Below, piece by piece: positions 16,382-26,502 of a DNA stretch of 64,000 nucleotides. Each line of letters begins with the position of its first letter. The stretch's first letter is position 1. Origin of the DNA: Thermodesulfovibrionia bacterium (GTDB lineage: Bacteria; Nitrospirota; Thermodesulfovibrionia; UBA6902). The position numbers and the translations under genes were made by a program. Below the pieces are notes generated by a model, which worked only from the letters and a program-made list of their open reading frames with translations, had not been told where the DNA came from and searched no databases. Location: positions 264,811 to 328,810 of the forward strand of contig CAVOUK010000002.1 of the NCBI GenBank assembly GCA_963699585.1. Reading direction: 5' to 3'.

Positions 16382-16660
16382 ATGACAATGATTATTGATA
16401 TGAGAGAAATCCCTTACAAAGAAGCCTTTGTGCAACTGAGAGATGCAATGAATGCGAATGAAAGTTCTGAAGAAGTGATCGTTTTTGTCGACTCACACGA
16501 ACATGAAAAGAGCATGGCAATCACAGGTTTCGCTGAGATTCTGTTAGGGTGTAAAACCGCTGTCAGTGAAGCAGGCGGATTTTACATGATCAGGATAATC
16601 TGGGAAGGCCCGTCCAATATAGGCAGGGAATCTCAGATTAATACTGAAATTGGCGCATAA
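16382..16660 (+). CDS. small TusA/SirA-like-fold protein lacking the catalytic Cys (tentative)
   Basis: AGGAGG RBS. IDMREIPYKEAFVQLRDAM...EEVIVFVDSHEHEKSMAITGFAE resembles the TusA layout, with CPxP replaced by IPYK. Confidence 0.35.
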   Translation: MTMIIDMREIPYKEAFVQLRDAMNANESSEEVIVFVDSHEHEKSMAITGFAEILLGCKTAVSEAGGFYMIRIIWEGPSNIGRESQINTEIGA

Positions 16661-16997
16661 AAGACATTGTCCATGAAATGTGGACCAGGATACGATATTT
16701 TTCATCATAATTTAACATACGCTTAATATTACTGTAACGTTGCCGGTGTTATTGTAAACCATGATTTTGCTTGTCCTTATTTTCTCGATTTGCATAATCA
16801 CTTTTATAATACTTTTCAGCGCCAGGCCGAATCTTTTTGTTTTCTGGCTGATAGAAAATGTTTTTGGAAAAATGAAAATCTCAGAGGGCACGGAAAAAGA
16901 TACCGATAAAAAGGAGGGACAGAATATGTAACTGTATCACTGAATTTTATATTGCGGTTGTAACCATTAACGAAGTAAACAAGAATAAGGAGACAAT

Positions 16998-18009
16998 ATG
17001 AAAACGATTTTGAAATTAACATTGATTGCTTTATTGATTTTGTCATTTGCGCAAGTGCATGCGGCCGAGATGTTAAACGGCGCAGGAGCGACGTTTCCCT
17101 ATCCCGTGTACTCTGCATGGGCTTTTGACTATAACAAAGTGACAGGAGTGCAGTTAAATTATCAGTCCATCGGCTCTGGAGGCGGGGTAAAACAGATTTC
17201 TGCACGCACCGTTGATTTTGGGGCATCCGATGCTCCAATGACATCGGAAGAGCTTCAGAAGGACAGTTTATTGCAGTTCCCGGCGGTAATCGGAGGAGTG
17301 GTCCCGGTTGCGACATCTCGAAAACGTTGCGCCAGGACAGCTCAAGCTTGATTCCGATACGCTCTGCAAGATATTTCTGGGCGACATCAAATCCTGGGAT
17401 GATCCTCAGATAACTGCGATGAACAAAGGGCTCTCTCTGCCTAAAGGTGATATAGTTGTCGTGTATCGCTCTGATGGTTCGGGGACAACCGCTATATTTA
17501 CAGATTACCTCAGCAGTGTCTGTCCTGCGTGGAAAGAGAAGGTCGGAGCCGGGAAAGCAGTGAAGTTCCCGGTCGGCATCGGCGGCAAGGGAAATGAAGG
17601 CGTGGCAAATTACGTCAAACAGTCAGCCAACTCGATCGGGTATGTTGAGTTCGCCTATGCAAAACAGAACAATCTTGATTTTACTCAGCTCAAGAATGCT
17701 GCGGGCCAATTTATTACTCCGAGCTTCGAGAGTTTTGAGGATGCTGCTGCGACAGGTGATTTCGACCCCAAGAAGGATTTTTATCTTTGGCTGAATAACA
17801 CCCCCGGCAAAAATTCCTGGCCGATTGCCGGCGCAACATTCATCCTCCTTGCAAAGGAAAAGACCGATTCCAACAAGAACGTGGTCAAATTCTTCGACTG
17901 GGCTTTCAAAAACGGTGACAGTAAAGCGAAAGAACTGATTTATGTCCCGTTGCCGAATTCTCTGAAAGAGAAGATCAGGACATACTGGAAAGCAAATGGC
18001 ATTCAGTAG
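16998..18009 (+). CDS. pstS: phosphate ABC transporter substrate-binding protein PstS, frameshifted near 17310
   Basis: Signal peptide plus [16 protein letters not shown]...SIGSGGG in ORF 16998-17351. The rest (GQLKLD...YRSDGSGTT...) is in ORF 17308-18009. Confidence 0.85.
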
Positions 18010-18020
18010 ACAATAGTTTC

Positions 18021-18058
18021 AGAGAGGGGCAGGTCTGGTGCCTGCCTCTCTTTTTTTT
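18021..18058 (+). terminator. intrinsic terminator/attenuator between pstS and pstC
   Basis: AGAGAGGGGCAGG-tctggtg-CCTGCCTCTCT followed by T8. Confidence 0.8.
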
Positions 18059-18080
18059 CAGTCATGAAAGGTTATTCCAA

Positions 18081-19022
18081 GTGCCGACAACTACAAAAAA
18101 AAATTATGTTGATACAATATTTTCGTTTATTACCGCGGTTTCTTCTATTTCCGTCATCATACTGATCATCGGGATTATTTATGTTCTTATTTCTGAGTCT
18201 TCTCTTGCAATAGGGAAATTCGGTATCTGGGGCTTTCTTACATCAACAGATTGGAACCCGGTCAGGGAATCGTTTGGGGCGCTCACGAATATATACGGGA
18301 CGATTCTTACGACTTTCCTTTCTTTAATGTTTGCCATACCCGTTGCCATAGGGATTGCGATATTTGTCACAGAAATAGCGCCGAATTTTTTAAAAGGGCC
18401 TGTCGGAGCCGCCATTGAACTTCTCGCTGCGATCCCGAGCATTATTTACGGCATGTGGGGGCTCTTCACCCTTACGCCGATAATGAGCAGACATATAGAA
18501 CCGTTTCTCAAAACGATATTTGCGGATGTTCCGTTTGTAGGCATCCTTTTTCAGGGGACGCCTATGGGAATAGATATCCTGACGGCAAGTGTCATCCTCA
18601 GCATAATGATCATCCCCTTTACCGCAAGCATATCCAGAGATGCTTTTAATCTCACTCCTGCTGTAGTGAAGGAATCAGCGTACTCAATTGGGGCCACAAA
18701 ATGGGAGGTCGTCAAGGATGTCGTTATTCCTTATTCAAAGCTCGGTGTGTTTGGTGGAATAATCCTCTCCCTCGGAAGGGCCCTCGGAGAGACTATGGCT
18801 GTGGCATTTGTCCTGGGAAACAACCACAGGATAACAACTTCTCTCTTCGATGCGGCTGCAACGATTACAGTCACCCTCGCCAACGAGTTTGCGGAGGCGG
18901 ACAAGGACATCTATCTTTCATCACTGTTCTATCTCGCGCTTGTTCTGTTTGTGATGAGTTTTATCACTCTTGCAATAGCGAAATTCTTTCTCCTCAAGGC
19001 AGAGAGGAAATATTCACGATGA
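18081..19022 (+). CDS. pstC: phosphate ABC transporter permease PstC
   Basis: 313 aa polytopic permease with the EAA-like region LGRALGETMAV. pst operon context. Confidence 0.9.
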   Translation: MPTTTKKNYVDTIFSFITAVSSISVIILIIGIIYVLISESSLAIGKFGIWGFLTSTDWNPVRESFGALTNIYGTILTTFLSLMFAIPVAIGIAIFVTEIAPNFLKGPVGAAIELLAAIPSIIYGMWGLFTLTPIMSRHIEPFLKTIFADVPFVGILFQGTPMGIDILTASVILSIMIIPFTASISRDAFNLTPAVVKESAYSIGATKWEVVKDVVIPYSKLGVFGGIILSLGRALGETMAVAFVLGNNHRITTSLFDAAATITVTLANEFAEADKDIYLSSLFYLALVLFVMSFITLAIAKFFLLKAERKYSR

Positions 19023-19858
19023 CAAGAGAGCGGCAGAGGAAAATAGGAGGATTTATCGCCCTTTCTTTCAGCACGTTCGCAGCATTTCTGGGACTTTTCT
19101 CGCTCGTATTCATACTCGGCGACGTGCTCATACACGGGATAAAGGCGTTGAATCTGAGTCTCTTTACCAATGATCCCGCGCCTCTGGGGGTTACGGGAGG
19201 GGGGCTGAGGCATGCCTTTGTCGGCCAGTTGATGATAACAGCATGTGCAACATTGATTGGCGTGCCTGTCGGTGTGCTCGGAGGCACTTTCCTTGCAGAA
19301 TATGCGAGGGGAACAAGGATAGCGCGGCTTATCAGCATCCTCTCGGATATCATGGTCAGTGTCCCCTCCATCGTAATAGGTACTTTTGTATATGCGGTAC
19401 TTGTCACGCCGCTCGGTCATTTTAGCGGCTGGGCAGGAGCAGTTGCGCTTTCGATCATTATGATCCCGGTAGTGCTCAGGACTACGGAAGACATGCTTTC
19501 TCTTGTCCCCTGGACCTTGAGAGAGGCTGCATTCGCGCTCGGCGCCCCATATTATAAAGTCATTACTCAGGTGGTCTACCGTGGAGCTGCCACCGGAATA
19601 CTGACCGGCATTTTGCTTTCGATAGCAAGAGTAGCCGGAGAGACCGCTCCACTACTGTTTACTTCATTCAACAATTCCTTTTTCTCTATGGATATGCAGA
19701 ATCCGGTTGCTTCGTTAACCGTCACCATATTCCAATACGCAATGGGGCCTTATGATATCTGGCATGAACAGGCCTGGGCTGCATCGTTTGTGATCACGAT
19801 ATTCATACTGGTCCTTACAATAGCTGGAAGACTCATTATCAAATGGAGGTACAAATAG
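19019..19858 (+). CDS. pstA: phosphate ABC transporter permease PstA
   Basis: ATG 19019 overlaps the pstC stop (ATGA). [11 protein letters not shown]...[15 protein letters not shown]. The upstream part of ORF 18701-19858 is read-through inside pstC. Confidence 0.9.
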   Translation: MTRERQRKIGGFIALSFSTFAAFLGLFSLVFILGDVLIHGIKALNLSLFTNDPAPLGVTGGGLRHAFVGQLMITACATLIGVPVGVLGGTFLAEYARGTRIARLISILSDIMVSVPSIVIGTFVYAVLVTPLGHFSGWAGAVALSIIMIPVVLRTTEDMLSLVPWTLREAAFALGAPYYKVITQVVYRGAATGILTGILLSIARVAGETAPLLFTSFNNSFFSMDMQNPVASLTVTIFQYAMGPYDIWHEQAWAASFVITIFILVLTIAGRLIIKWRYK

Positions 19859-20622
19859 TGGCGAACAGTATTGAACTTGAGGTCAAAGGCCTTGACTTCC
19901 ATTATTCGGGAAATGTTCATGCCCTCAAAAAGATAAATCTGCCTGTTCACAAAAACATGGTCACGTCATTAATTGGACCGTCAGGCTGCGGAAAGACCAC
20001 CCTGCTCAGGTGTTTCAACAGAATGCATGACCTTTATCCAGGGAATAGTTACAATGGGGAGATACTTTTTCAGGGCGGGAATATACTCTCAAAAGGCACA
20101 GACCTCATCAACCTGAGAAGCAGGATCGGAATGGTCTTCCAGAAACCGACGCCCTTCCCCATGAGCATATTTGACAATATCGCTTACGGATTGAAACTGA
20201 ACGGCGTCAGCAAGAGGTCCGACATTTCCGAACAGGTTGAACGGGCGCTTGTGCATTCAGTGCTTTGGGATGAAGTGAAGGACAAACTTAATACAAGCGC
20301 GTATGAGCTTTCCGGCGGGCAGCAGCAGCGACTTGTCATTGCGAGGGCACTGGCGGTGGACCCGCAGGTGCTGCTTTTTGACGAGCCGACGTCCGCCCTT
20401 GATCCCATATCTACGGCCAAGATAGAAGAGCTTACCGCGATACTGAAGAAGGATGTCACTATTGTTATCGTGACTCACAATATGCAGCAGGCTGCGCGGA
20501 TATCCGACTGGACCGGATTCATGATGCTCGGTGAGTTAATTGAATTCGACATGACTCAAAAAATATTCACCGCACCTTCGGAAAAACTGACCGAAGACTA
20601 TGTCACGGGGAGGTTTGGATAA
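19843..20622 (+). CDS. pstB: phosphate ABC transporter ATP-binding protein PstB
   Basis: [29 protein letters not shown]. Confidence 0.95.
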   Translation: MEVQIVANSIELEVKGLDFHYSGNVHALKKINLPVHKNMVTSLIGPSGCGKTTLLRCFNRMHDLYPGNSYNGEILFQGGNILSKGTDLINLRSRIGMVFQKPTPFPMSIFDNIAYGLKLNGVSKRSDISEQVERALVHSVLWDEVKDKLNTSAYELSGGQQQRLVIARALAVDPQVLLFDEPTSALDPISTAKIEELTAILKKDVTIVIVTHNMQQAARISDWTGFMMLGELIEFDMTQKIFTAPSEKLTEDYVTGRFG

Positions 20623-21287
20623 TGAGTGTTTTCGATGAAGAATTGCAACAATTAAAAGACAAGATCCTGAAAATGGGCGCTTTGGTAGAGGATGCTATCA
20701 AGAGTTCCATACATGCCCTTGTGGAAAGGGACAATACGTTAGCCGGCAGAGTGATCGAGAATGACCGTGTTATAAATACACTTGATGTGGAGATCGACGA
20801 AGATTCCATCCGGCTCATAGCCTTGAAACAGCCGATGGCGATTGACCTCCGGTTTATCACAACTGCAATGAAGATAACCACTGATCTTGAAAGAATGGGA
20901 GACCTTGCCGTCAACATCGCGGAACGGGCGCTGGAGCTGAACGAGGAACCTGTTTTGAAGCCTTACATAGATATCCCCAAAATGAGAGAAATCGCCCAGG
21001 GGATGACACGGGATGCACTCGATGCCTTTGTAAGAAAAGACAAGAAGCTTGCAACAGACGTGATCATGAGAGACGATGAGGTGGACGACCTCAAACATGA
21101 AGTCTTAAAGGAACTGGCTTTTTTCATGGCCCAGGACCCTGCCACAGTTTCGAGGGCTATGAAGGTCAGTTTTGTGGCGCAGTACCTTGAACGTATCGCC
21201 GACCATGCAACCAATATAGCGGAGATGGTGATTTACCTTGTTGAAGGAAAGATAATCAGGCATACTGTTCCGCCTGCCGGGAAGTGA
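20622..21287 (+). CDS. phoU: phosphate uptake regulator PhoU
   Basis: Two PhoU repeats (DLERMGDLAVNIAE / YLERIADHATNIAE). ATGA overlap with pstB. Confidence 0.9.
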   Translation: MSVFDEELQQLKDKILKMGALVEDAIKSSIHALVERDNTLAGRVIENDRVINTLDVEIDEDSIRLIALKQPMAIDLRFITTAMKITTDLERMGDLAVNIAERALELNEEPVLKPYIDIPKMREIAQGMTRDALDAFVRKDKKLATDVIMRDDEVDDLKHEVLKELAFFMAQDPATVSRAMKVSFVAQYLERIADHATNIAEMVIYLVEGKIIRHTVPPAGK

Positions 21288-21293
21288 GTTTTC

Positions 21294-21683
21294 ATGAACG
21301 GGAAACCATGCCCCAAGAGAGGCTTTGACAGGATTTGGTCTGCATTTTTCTATTCGCTTAATGGGTTGCGTTCTGCCATTCAGAACGAAGCTGCATTCCG
21401 GCAGGAGATAATATTATTTGCTGTCCTGTCAGTTATTTTGTTTCTTTTGCCGCTATCAACTGCATTCAAATGCCTGCTGTTTTTTGCCAACACAATAGTC
21501 CTCGTTGTTGAACTGATAAATTCTTCCCTTGAGTCCATTGTGGATATGATATCCCCCGAGTATCATGTGCTTGCCAGGCAGGCAAAAGATTTAGGCAGCG
21601 CCGCTGTATTAATCAGCCTGATTTTAGCGATCGTGTTATGGGCAAGCGCGATATTCTTTATTCTTCATGGCGGCAACGCGTAA
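21294..21683 (+). CDS. dgkA: diacylglycerol kinase (DgkA family)
   Basis: 129 aa, 3 TM segments, NEAAFRQE...VELINSSLESIVD motif. Confidence 0.8.
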   Translation: MNGKPCPKRGFDRIWSAFFYSLNGLRSAIQNEAAFRQEIILFAVLSVILFLLPLSTAFKCLLFFANTIVLVVELINSSLESIVDMISPEYHVLARQAKDLGSAAVLISLILAIVLWASAIFFILHGGNA

Positions 21684-21723
21684 CCAATTATCGTAGCGTT
21701 TCTAACAGGTGAGGAAATTATAA

Positions 21724-21797
21724 TCGGGGCGAGAGGATTCGAACCTCCGACATCCTGCTCCCAAAGCAGGCGCGCTACCAGGCTGCGCTACGCCCCG
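21724..21797 (-). tRNA. tRNA-Pro (anticodon UGG)
   Basis: Hand-folded cloverleaf: acceptor CGGGGCG/CGCCCCG, D arm GCGC-AGCCTGGTA-GCGC, anticodon arm CCTGC-TTTGGGA-GCAGG, T arm GGAGG-TTCGAAT-CCTCT, discriminator A. No encoded CCA. Confidence 0.9.
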
Positions 21798-21851
21798 AGC
21801 TTTTTAGGTTATAAGATATAATGCGAAAAATCAAATCCGGATATGTCCTGG

Positions 21852-22058
21852 TTACCAGATTAGAGAGATCAAAGAATCGATATCAGTCTGAATACGGTTA
21901 AGTTTGCACCAGAGGACCATACAATCCTCAGAACGATAGCAGTAACCGTCCTTTATCACCACATGAACATTCACATCCGTTTTTTCACGGTAAGGGCAGG
22001 GAATGTGGAGCTTTCCCGTCTCAACAGCAAACTGCTTTTTCATGAACGGGTCTTTCAT
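21852..22058 (-). CDS. hypothetical small Cys-containing protein
   Basis: 68-aa ORF downstream of dnaG on the same strand. No family recognised. Confidence 0.3.
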   Translation of the reverse strand: MKDPFMKKQFAVETGKLHIPCPYREKTDVNVHVVIKDGYCYRSEDCMVLWCKLNRIQTDIDSLISLIW

Positions 22059-22094
22059 AGTATTAGTTTATTTCTATTTGAGCAGCTTTGCAAC

Positions 22095-22122
22095 GTAGGG
22101 GCAATTCATGAATTGCCCCTAC
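22095..22122. repeat. GTAGGGGCA...TGCCCCTAC palindrome overlapping the dnaG stop codon
   Basis: GTAGGGGCAATTCATGAATTGCCCCTAC is a perfect palindrome. The dnaG stop (22106-22108) sits at its centre. A related copy lies at 55445-55471. Confidence 0.7.
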
Positions 22123-23801
22123 CTCTCAGAATACGTTGCTGTTCCGCCTGGAGCGATTTTAAAAGGTTAAAATCTTTTTTTGCCTCCGCTTCTCTGGTTT
22201 TTCCCTGAAGCTCCTGCAATAATATCTTTCTCTTGTTTCCCTTCATCCTGTTAATGCAATCCTCAAGGGCCTTTTCAGGATTCTCAAAATCTTCCCTGAG
22301 AGACACCTCGGTAAGGAAGTCTTTTTCCTCGCCCTCAGACCGGGAGAGAAGTTCATTGAAATCAGTCAGGCCTGCTTTGACCTTTTTGAAGACCGATTTT
22401 GTTGTTGGGTGTTTGAAATCTTCTTCAGAAAAAGTATCGGCAATTTCTCCGGACCTCTCAGGCAACTGCAGAAGCAGTTTGAATATATATATTTCATCAA
22501 GGGACTTTGGTCTTGACGGGGCCTTCGAAACAGCTTTGGTCTCCTGACTTTTGTTATTTTTCTTCAGTTTCTTGAGCTCCTCGATAATGAAGAATTCATT
22601 GATCCTGAGTTTTTCTGAAAGGGTTTTCACATAGTTCCCCTGCAATACCCTGTCGGATATCCTGGAAATTGTCTGAATTGCTTCATGCGCTATTGAACGT
22701 CTGTCACCTTTCAGCAGCATGTAGAAATCAATTATTGACAGAGGGTGCTGGAGCAGTTCCTGAAACGCTTCCCTGCCGTTCTTTCTTAAAAAGCTGTCAG
22801 GGTCTTCCCTGTCCGGGAGGGCGAGTATCTTTCACATTGAGGCCGCTTTCAAAAAGTATATTGGCAGCATTTTTGACGGCTTTTCTGCCGGCATCATCGC
22901 TATCAAAGACAAGGATGACATCTTCAACAAATCTTTTTATTAATTTTCCGTGTTCCTGAGTAAATGCAGTGCCCAGCGGTGCAACAGAGTTTGTAAAGCC
23001 ATGAATGTGAGAAGTGATAACGTCAAGATATCCTTCCATAAATAATGCACATCCTGTCTCTTTTACCGAATCCTTTGCCCTCTGGAGTCCATAAAGTATC
23101 ATCCGCTTGTTGAAGATGATCGTCTCAGGTGAATTCAGATACTTCGGTTCATCTCCATTGATAGCCCTTCCGCCAAAGGCGATCACATCGCCTTTGAGAT
23201 CATAAATGGGAAACATTATACGGTCCCTGAAAGTATCATAAACACCCTTGGTCCCCTGCGTGGCAAGCCCTGCTTTTTTAGCAACTTCTGTTTTATACCC
23301 TTTGCCTGCAAGATGATTCAGCAGTGCATTCCATGTTTTGGGCGCATAACCAAGGCAAAAGAGTTTCTGTGCTTTAATATCTATTCCGCGCTCGATCAGA
23401 TACCGGTTCGCTTTTTCATTCTTTGCAAGGTGCTGCTGAAAAAATGACACTGCATCTTTATGGATGTTCAGCAGTATTTCCTTTTCACCGGTTTTGACAG
23501 CATCCTTCTGAGAAGATTTTATTGTAACACCTGCTTTTTTGGCGAGGATATTGACCGCTTCAGGAAAAGAAACATTTTCATATTTAACAAGAAAGGAAAA
23601 GATGTCCCCGCCGCTGTTGCAGCCGAAACAGTGGTATATCTGTTTTGACGGGCTTACGGTAAAAGAAGGCGTTTTTTCCGTATGGAAAGGGCAGAGGCCT
23701 TTCCAGTTCTGGCCCGCATGTTTCAGATTCACATATTCGGATATAAGATCAACAATATCCAGCCTGTTTTTTATCTCTTCGAGGACACTGTCGGAAGGCA
23801 T
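22106..23801 (-). CDS. dnaG: DNA primase DnaG, frameshifted near 22845
   Basis: Zinc finger CPFHTEKTPSFTV...YHCFGCNSGGD, TOPRIM EGYLDVI...VLVFDSDDAG. The C-terminal helicase-interaction part is in ORF 22106-22720. Confidence 0.9.
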
Positions 23802-23813
23802 GATTTAATGATA

Positions 23814-23834
23814 CAGGATGCAGGATGCAGGATA
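23814..23834. repeat. heptamer microsatellite (CAGGATG)x3, 13 nt upstream of the dnaG start
   Basis: CAGGATG CAGGATG CAGGATA, read directly. Confidence 0.7.
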
Positions 23835-24087
23835 CAAGACCTTTGAAAAGCGTGGCTAAATTGGGTGCTTTATCTATCTTGACTTGCACCAGGTATATTC
23901 GAAAATATATATTAATGATAATTAACAAAAATCAATTTCACCTGAAATCTTGACAGTCAATAAATTAGCGGTATAATTATTAAAATAGACAATCAGACTC
24001 TGACCTTTTCAGAAAAACCGTCACAGAGGACCTTATAGCAGGTTCTTGATGCGCCTGGATTTTTCCGGAAGCGCAAAAGGAGACATT

Positions 24088-25419
24088 ATGAGAGCTTCAA
24101 CAATCATTATGCGGGGATTGGCATGGATGATCATCGCCATGCTCGTTATACCTCCCGGAATACCTGCGCAGGATTCCGGGCAACCGGAGCAAAACGACAG
24201 GTTCAGGAAAGAAGAATTGGCGCAGATGCTTGCTCCGATCGCCTTATATCCCGATTCTCTGATAGCCCAGATACTGATGGCATCGACCTATCCGCTTGAG
24301 GTGGTCGAGGCTGAACGCTGGTTGAATCAGAACAAGAACCTCAAAGACGATGCACTGAACGATGCACTGCAGGAAAAGACCTGGGACCCAAGTGTTAAAT
24401 CACTCTGCCATTTCCCGGACGTTCTCTTTGCCATGAGCGACAAACTCGACCAGACGGAGAAATTGGGCGATGCCTTCATAAGCCAGAAGGATGAGGTTAT
24501 GGACACCATACAGGAATTACGCCGGAAGGCCGAGGACCAGGGGAACCTCAAGACGACCAAAGAACAGCAAGTCATAGTCGAGCAGGAAGTAATCAGGATC
24601 GAACCGGCTGACCCGGAGGTTGTCTATGTGCCGGTGTACGATCCTTTCTATGTATACGGCCCGTGGTGGTACCCTGCGTATCCCCCTTATTACTGGTACT
24701 ATCCGCCAGGTTTTGTTGTCACCAGCGGTGTTATCTGGTTTGGCCCCAGAGTATCTATCGGAATCGGCTTTTTCCCATGGGTCTGGTTCGACTGGCCTTT
24801 CCATCGCATCGATATAGACATCCATAAAACGAGTCGATTCCACAGGTTCGACCACAGGAGGGATTTCGACAGGCATGTCTGGGAACATAACCCGTCCCAC
24901 AGGAGAGGAGTTGCCTACAGAGACAGGACAACGAGTCAGCGCTTCGGATCGAGACGGTCACAGGCGTCACCAGCGAGTCCGGAAACGCGCGGTTATTCAG
25001 GCAGGCGCTTTGAAAGACAGGAGGGGCGGCCATCTCAGGGTCCCGTTGAACGCCAGGAAAGAATAGTAGTGCCGCAGGAAAGAAAAGAACCCGCAGGATC
25101 ACGGGGCACTGTCGAACGCCGGGAAGGCGCCGGCACACCAAGAGTTAGTCCCGGGAGGGAAAGGATTCATGTCCCCGCAGACCGTGATACTCCCTTCAGG
25201 GGAATCGGCGAAGGCAATTTTGAGCGCAAAGCAAGCGAACGTGGAGGCGTAAGCAGGCAAAGCGGAGAGGTAATCCGTCGGGGTGAAGGCGCAAGCCGTA
25301 AGGGCGGAGGCATATCCCCGCAGGGGAGTGGCGCAGAGCGTAAAAGCGGAGATTCAGACCGTCCTGGCAAGAAAGATACACGGAGGCGGAAGAGGACCCC
25401 GGAGGTAGGGAGACACTGA
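24088..25419 (+). CDS. DUF3300-family secreted protein with Arg/Gly/Glu-rich tail
   Basis: AAAGGAG RBS, signal peptide, LAPIALYPDSLIAQILMASTYPLEVVEAERW. Confidence 0.8.
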   Translation: MRASTIIMRGLAWMIIAMLVIPPGIPAQDSGQPEQNDRFRKEELAQMLAPIALYPDSLIAQILMASTYPLEVVEAERWLNQNKNLKDDALNDALQEKTWDPSVKSLCHFPDVLFAMSDKLDQTEKLGDAFISQKDEVMDTIQELRRKAEDQGNLKTTKEQQVIVEQEVIRIEPADPEVVYVPVYDPFYVYGPWWYPAYPPYYWYYPPGFVVTSGVIWFGPRVSIGIGFFPWVWFDWPFHRIDIDIHKTSRFHRFDHRRDFDRHVWEHNPSHRRGVAYRDRTTSQRFGSRRSQASPASPETRGYSGRRFERQEGRPSQGPVERQERIVVPQERKEPAGSRGTVERREGAGTPRVSPGRERIHVPADRDTPFRGIGEGNFERKASERGGVSRQSGEVIRRGEGASRKGGGISPQGSGAERKSGDSDRPGKKDTRRRKRTPEVGRH

Positions 25420-25450
25420 GACGTGATGATATATGCACAAGGGAGGAAAA

Positions 25451-26431
25451 ATGAATATAGTTGCATTGCATAAAAAGGATGGAAAGGTCTGGTTGACTAT
25501 ACCGGCCTGTGTTGTCGCAGTTGCCGTGCTCTTGCTCGGGGCGTTTTCAGCTTCGCTTGCCGCAGGCACGCCGCAGAAGAGCTTTCCCTCGCCTGAAGAG
25601 GCGGTGAGTTCGCTTGTCGCTGCGGTAAGGGCGGATGATATTAAAGAAATGCGTGTCATATTAGGCCCCGGAAGCGAAGCATTGATCTCGTCCGGCGATG
25701 ATGTATCAGACAGGGCAGGACGTGAAAAATTCTTCAAGGCCTATGACCAGTTGAACAGGCTTGAACAGGCATCTGCCGACAAGATGGTCCTCCATATCGG
25801 CGCCGACGACTGGCCCATGCCGGTCCCGATCGTAAAAAAGGGCACAACATGGCTTTTTGACATAGATAAAGGCAAAAAGGAGATCCTGAACCGGAGAATA
25901 GGCAGAAATGAACTGCATGTTATAGAGGTGCTTGACGCCTATGTTGATGCACAGCATGAATACGCCAGCAAGGATTGCGGAGGCAGCGGCAAGGTCGAAT
26001 TTGCCCAAAAATTTATCAGCGCCGAAGGGAAGCATGACGGGCTGTATTGGGAAGCAAAAGAGGGCGAAGCAGAGAGTCCTCTCGGGCCATTGATTGCGCA
26101 GGCGTCAAAAGAAGGATACAGCAAGGACAGCAGCCTTTCTCCTTTTCACGGGTATTACTTCAAAATCCTCAAGGGCCAGGGGAAGCATGCCGAAGGAGGG
26201 CAGTACAACTATGTCGTTAAGGGGAAGATGATCCTCGGCTTCGCACTCGTTGCCTATCCTGCGGAATACGGGAATTCCGGTGTCATGACCTTCATGGTGA
26301 ACCAGGAAGGGACCATTTACCAAAAAAATCTCGGCAGGGATACGAAGCGGAAAGCAGAGGCGATGAAGGTTTTCGATCCAGACAAGACCTGGCAAAGAGT
26401 CAAGGAGACATTGCTGCAGCAAGACAAATAA
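25451..26431 (+). CDS. DUF2950-family secreted protein
   Basis: GGGAGG RBS. GYYFKILKGQGKHAEGG...GFALVAYPAEYGNSGVMTFMVNQEGTIYQKNLG. This is the known pairing with DUF3300. Confidence 0.8.
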   Translation: MNIVALHKKDGKVWLTIPACVVAVAVLLLGAFSASLAAGTPQKSFPSPEEAVSSLVAAVRADDIKEMRVILGPGSEALISSGDDVSDRAGREKFFKAYDQLNRLEQASADKMVLHIGADDWPMPVPIVKKGTTWLFDIDKGKKEILNRRIGRNELHVIEVLDAYVDAQHEYASKDCGGSGKVEFAQKFISAEGKHDGLYWEAKEGEAESPLGPLIAQASKEGYSKDSSLSPFHGYYFKILKGQGKHAEGGQYNYVVKGKMILGFALVAYPAEYGNSGVMTFMVNQEGTIYQKNLGRDTKRKAEAMKVFDPDKTWQRVKETLLQQDK

Positions 26432-26502
26432 CCGGCTTTTCGTTAAATAAATCGTCTGCCCTCTATATGGGTGCTTCTCAATTATCTTGAGGCACCTGAG
26501 GG

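Noticed and set aside
16816-17316. 166-aa minus-strand ORF opposite the pstS promoter and 5' end.
   Set aside because: It overlaps the clearly real pstS on the other strand. It has no RBS and no recognisable family, and its composition is unlike the neighbouring genes.
18701-19018. N-terminal 106 codons of ORF 18701-19858, which would make a 385-aa PstA overlapping pstC.
   Set aside because: This part is an out-of-frame read-through of pstC. The PstA homology starts at ATG 19019, which overlaps the pstC stop (ATGA).
24327-25737. Multiple overlapping ORFs on both strands inside the DUF3300 gene tail and the DUF2950 gene 5' end.
   Set aside because: They arise from the GC- and Arg/Gly-rich low-complexity tail. 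The DUF3300 and DUF2950 frames have signal peptides and family motifs.
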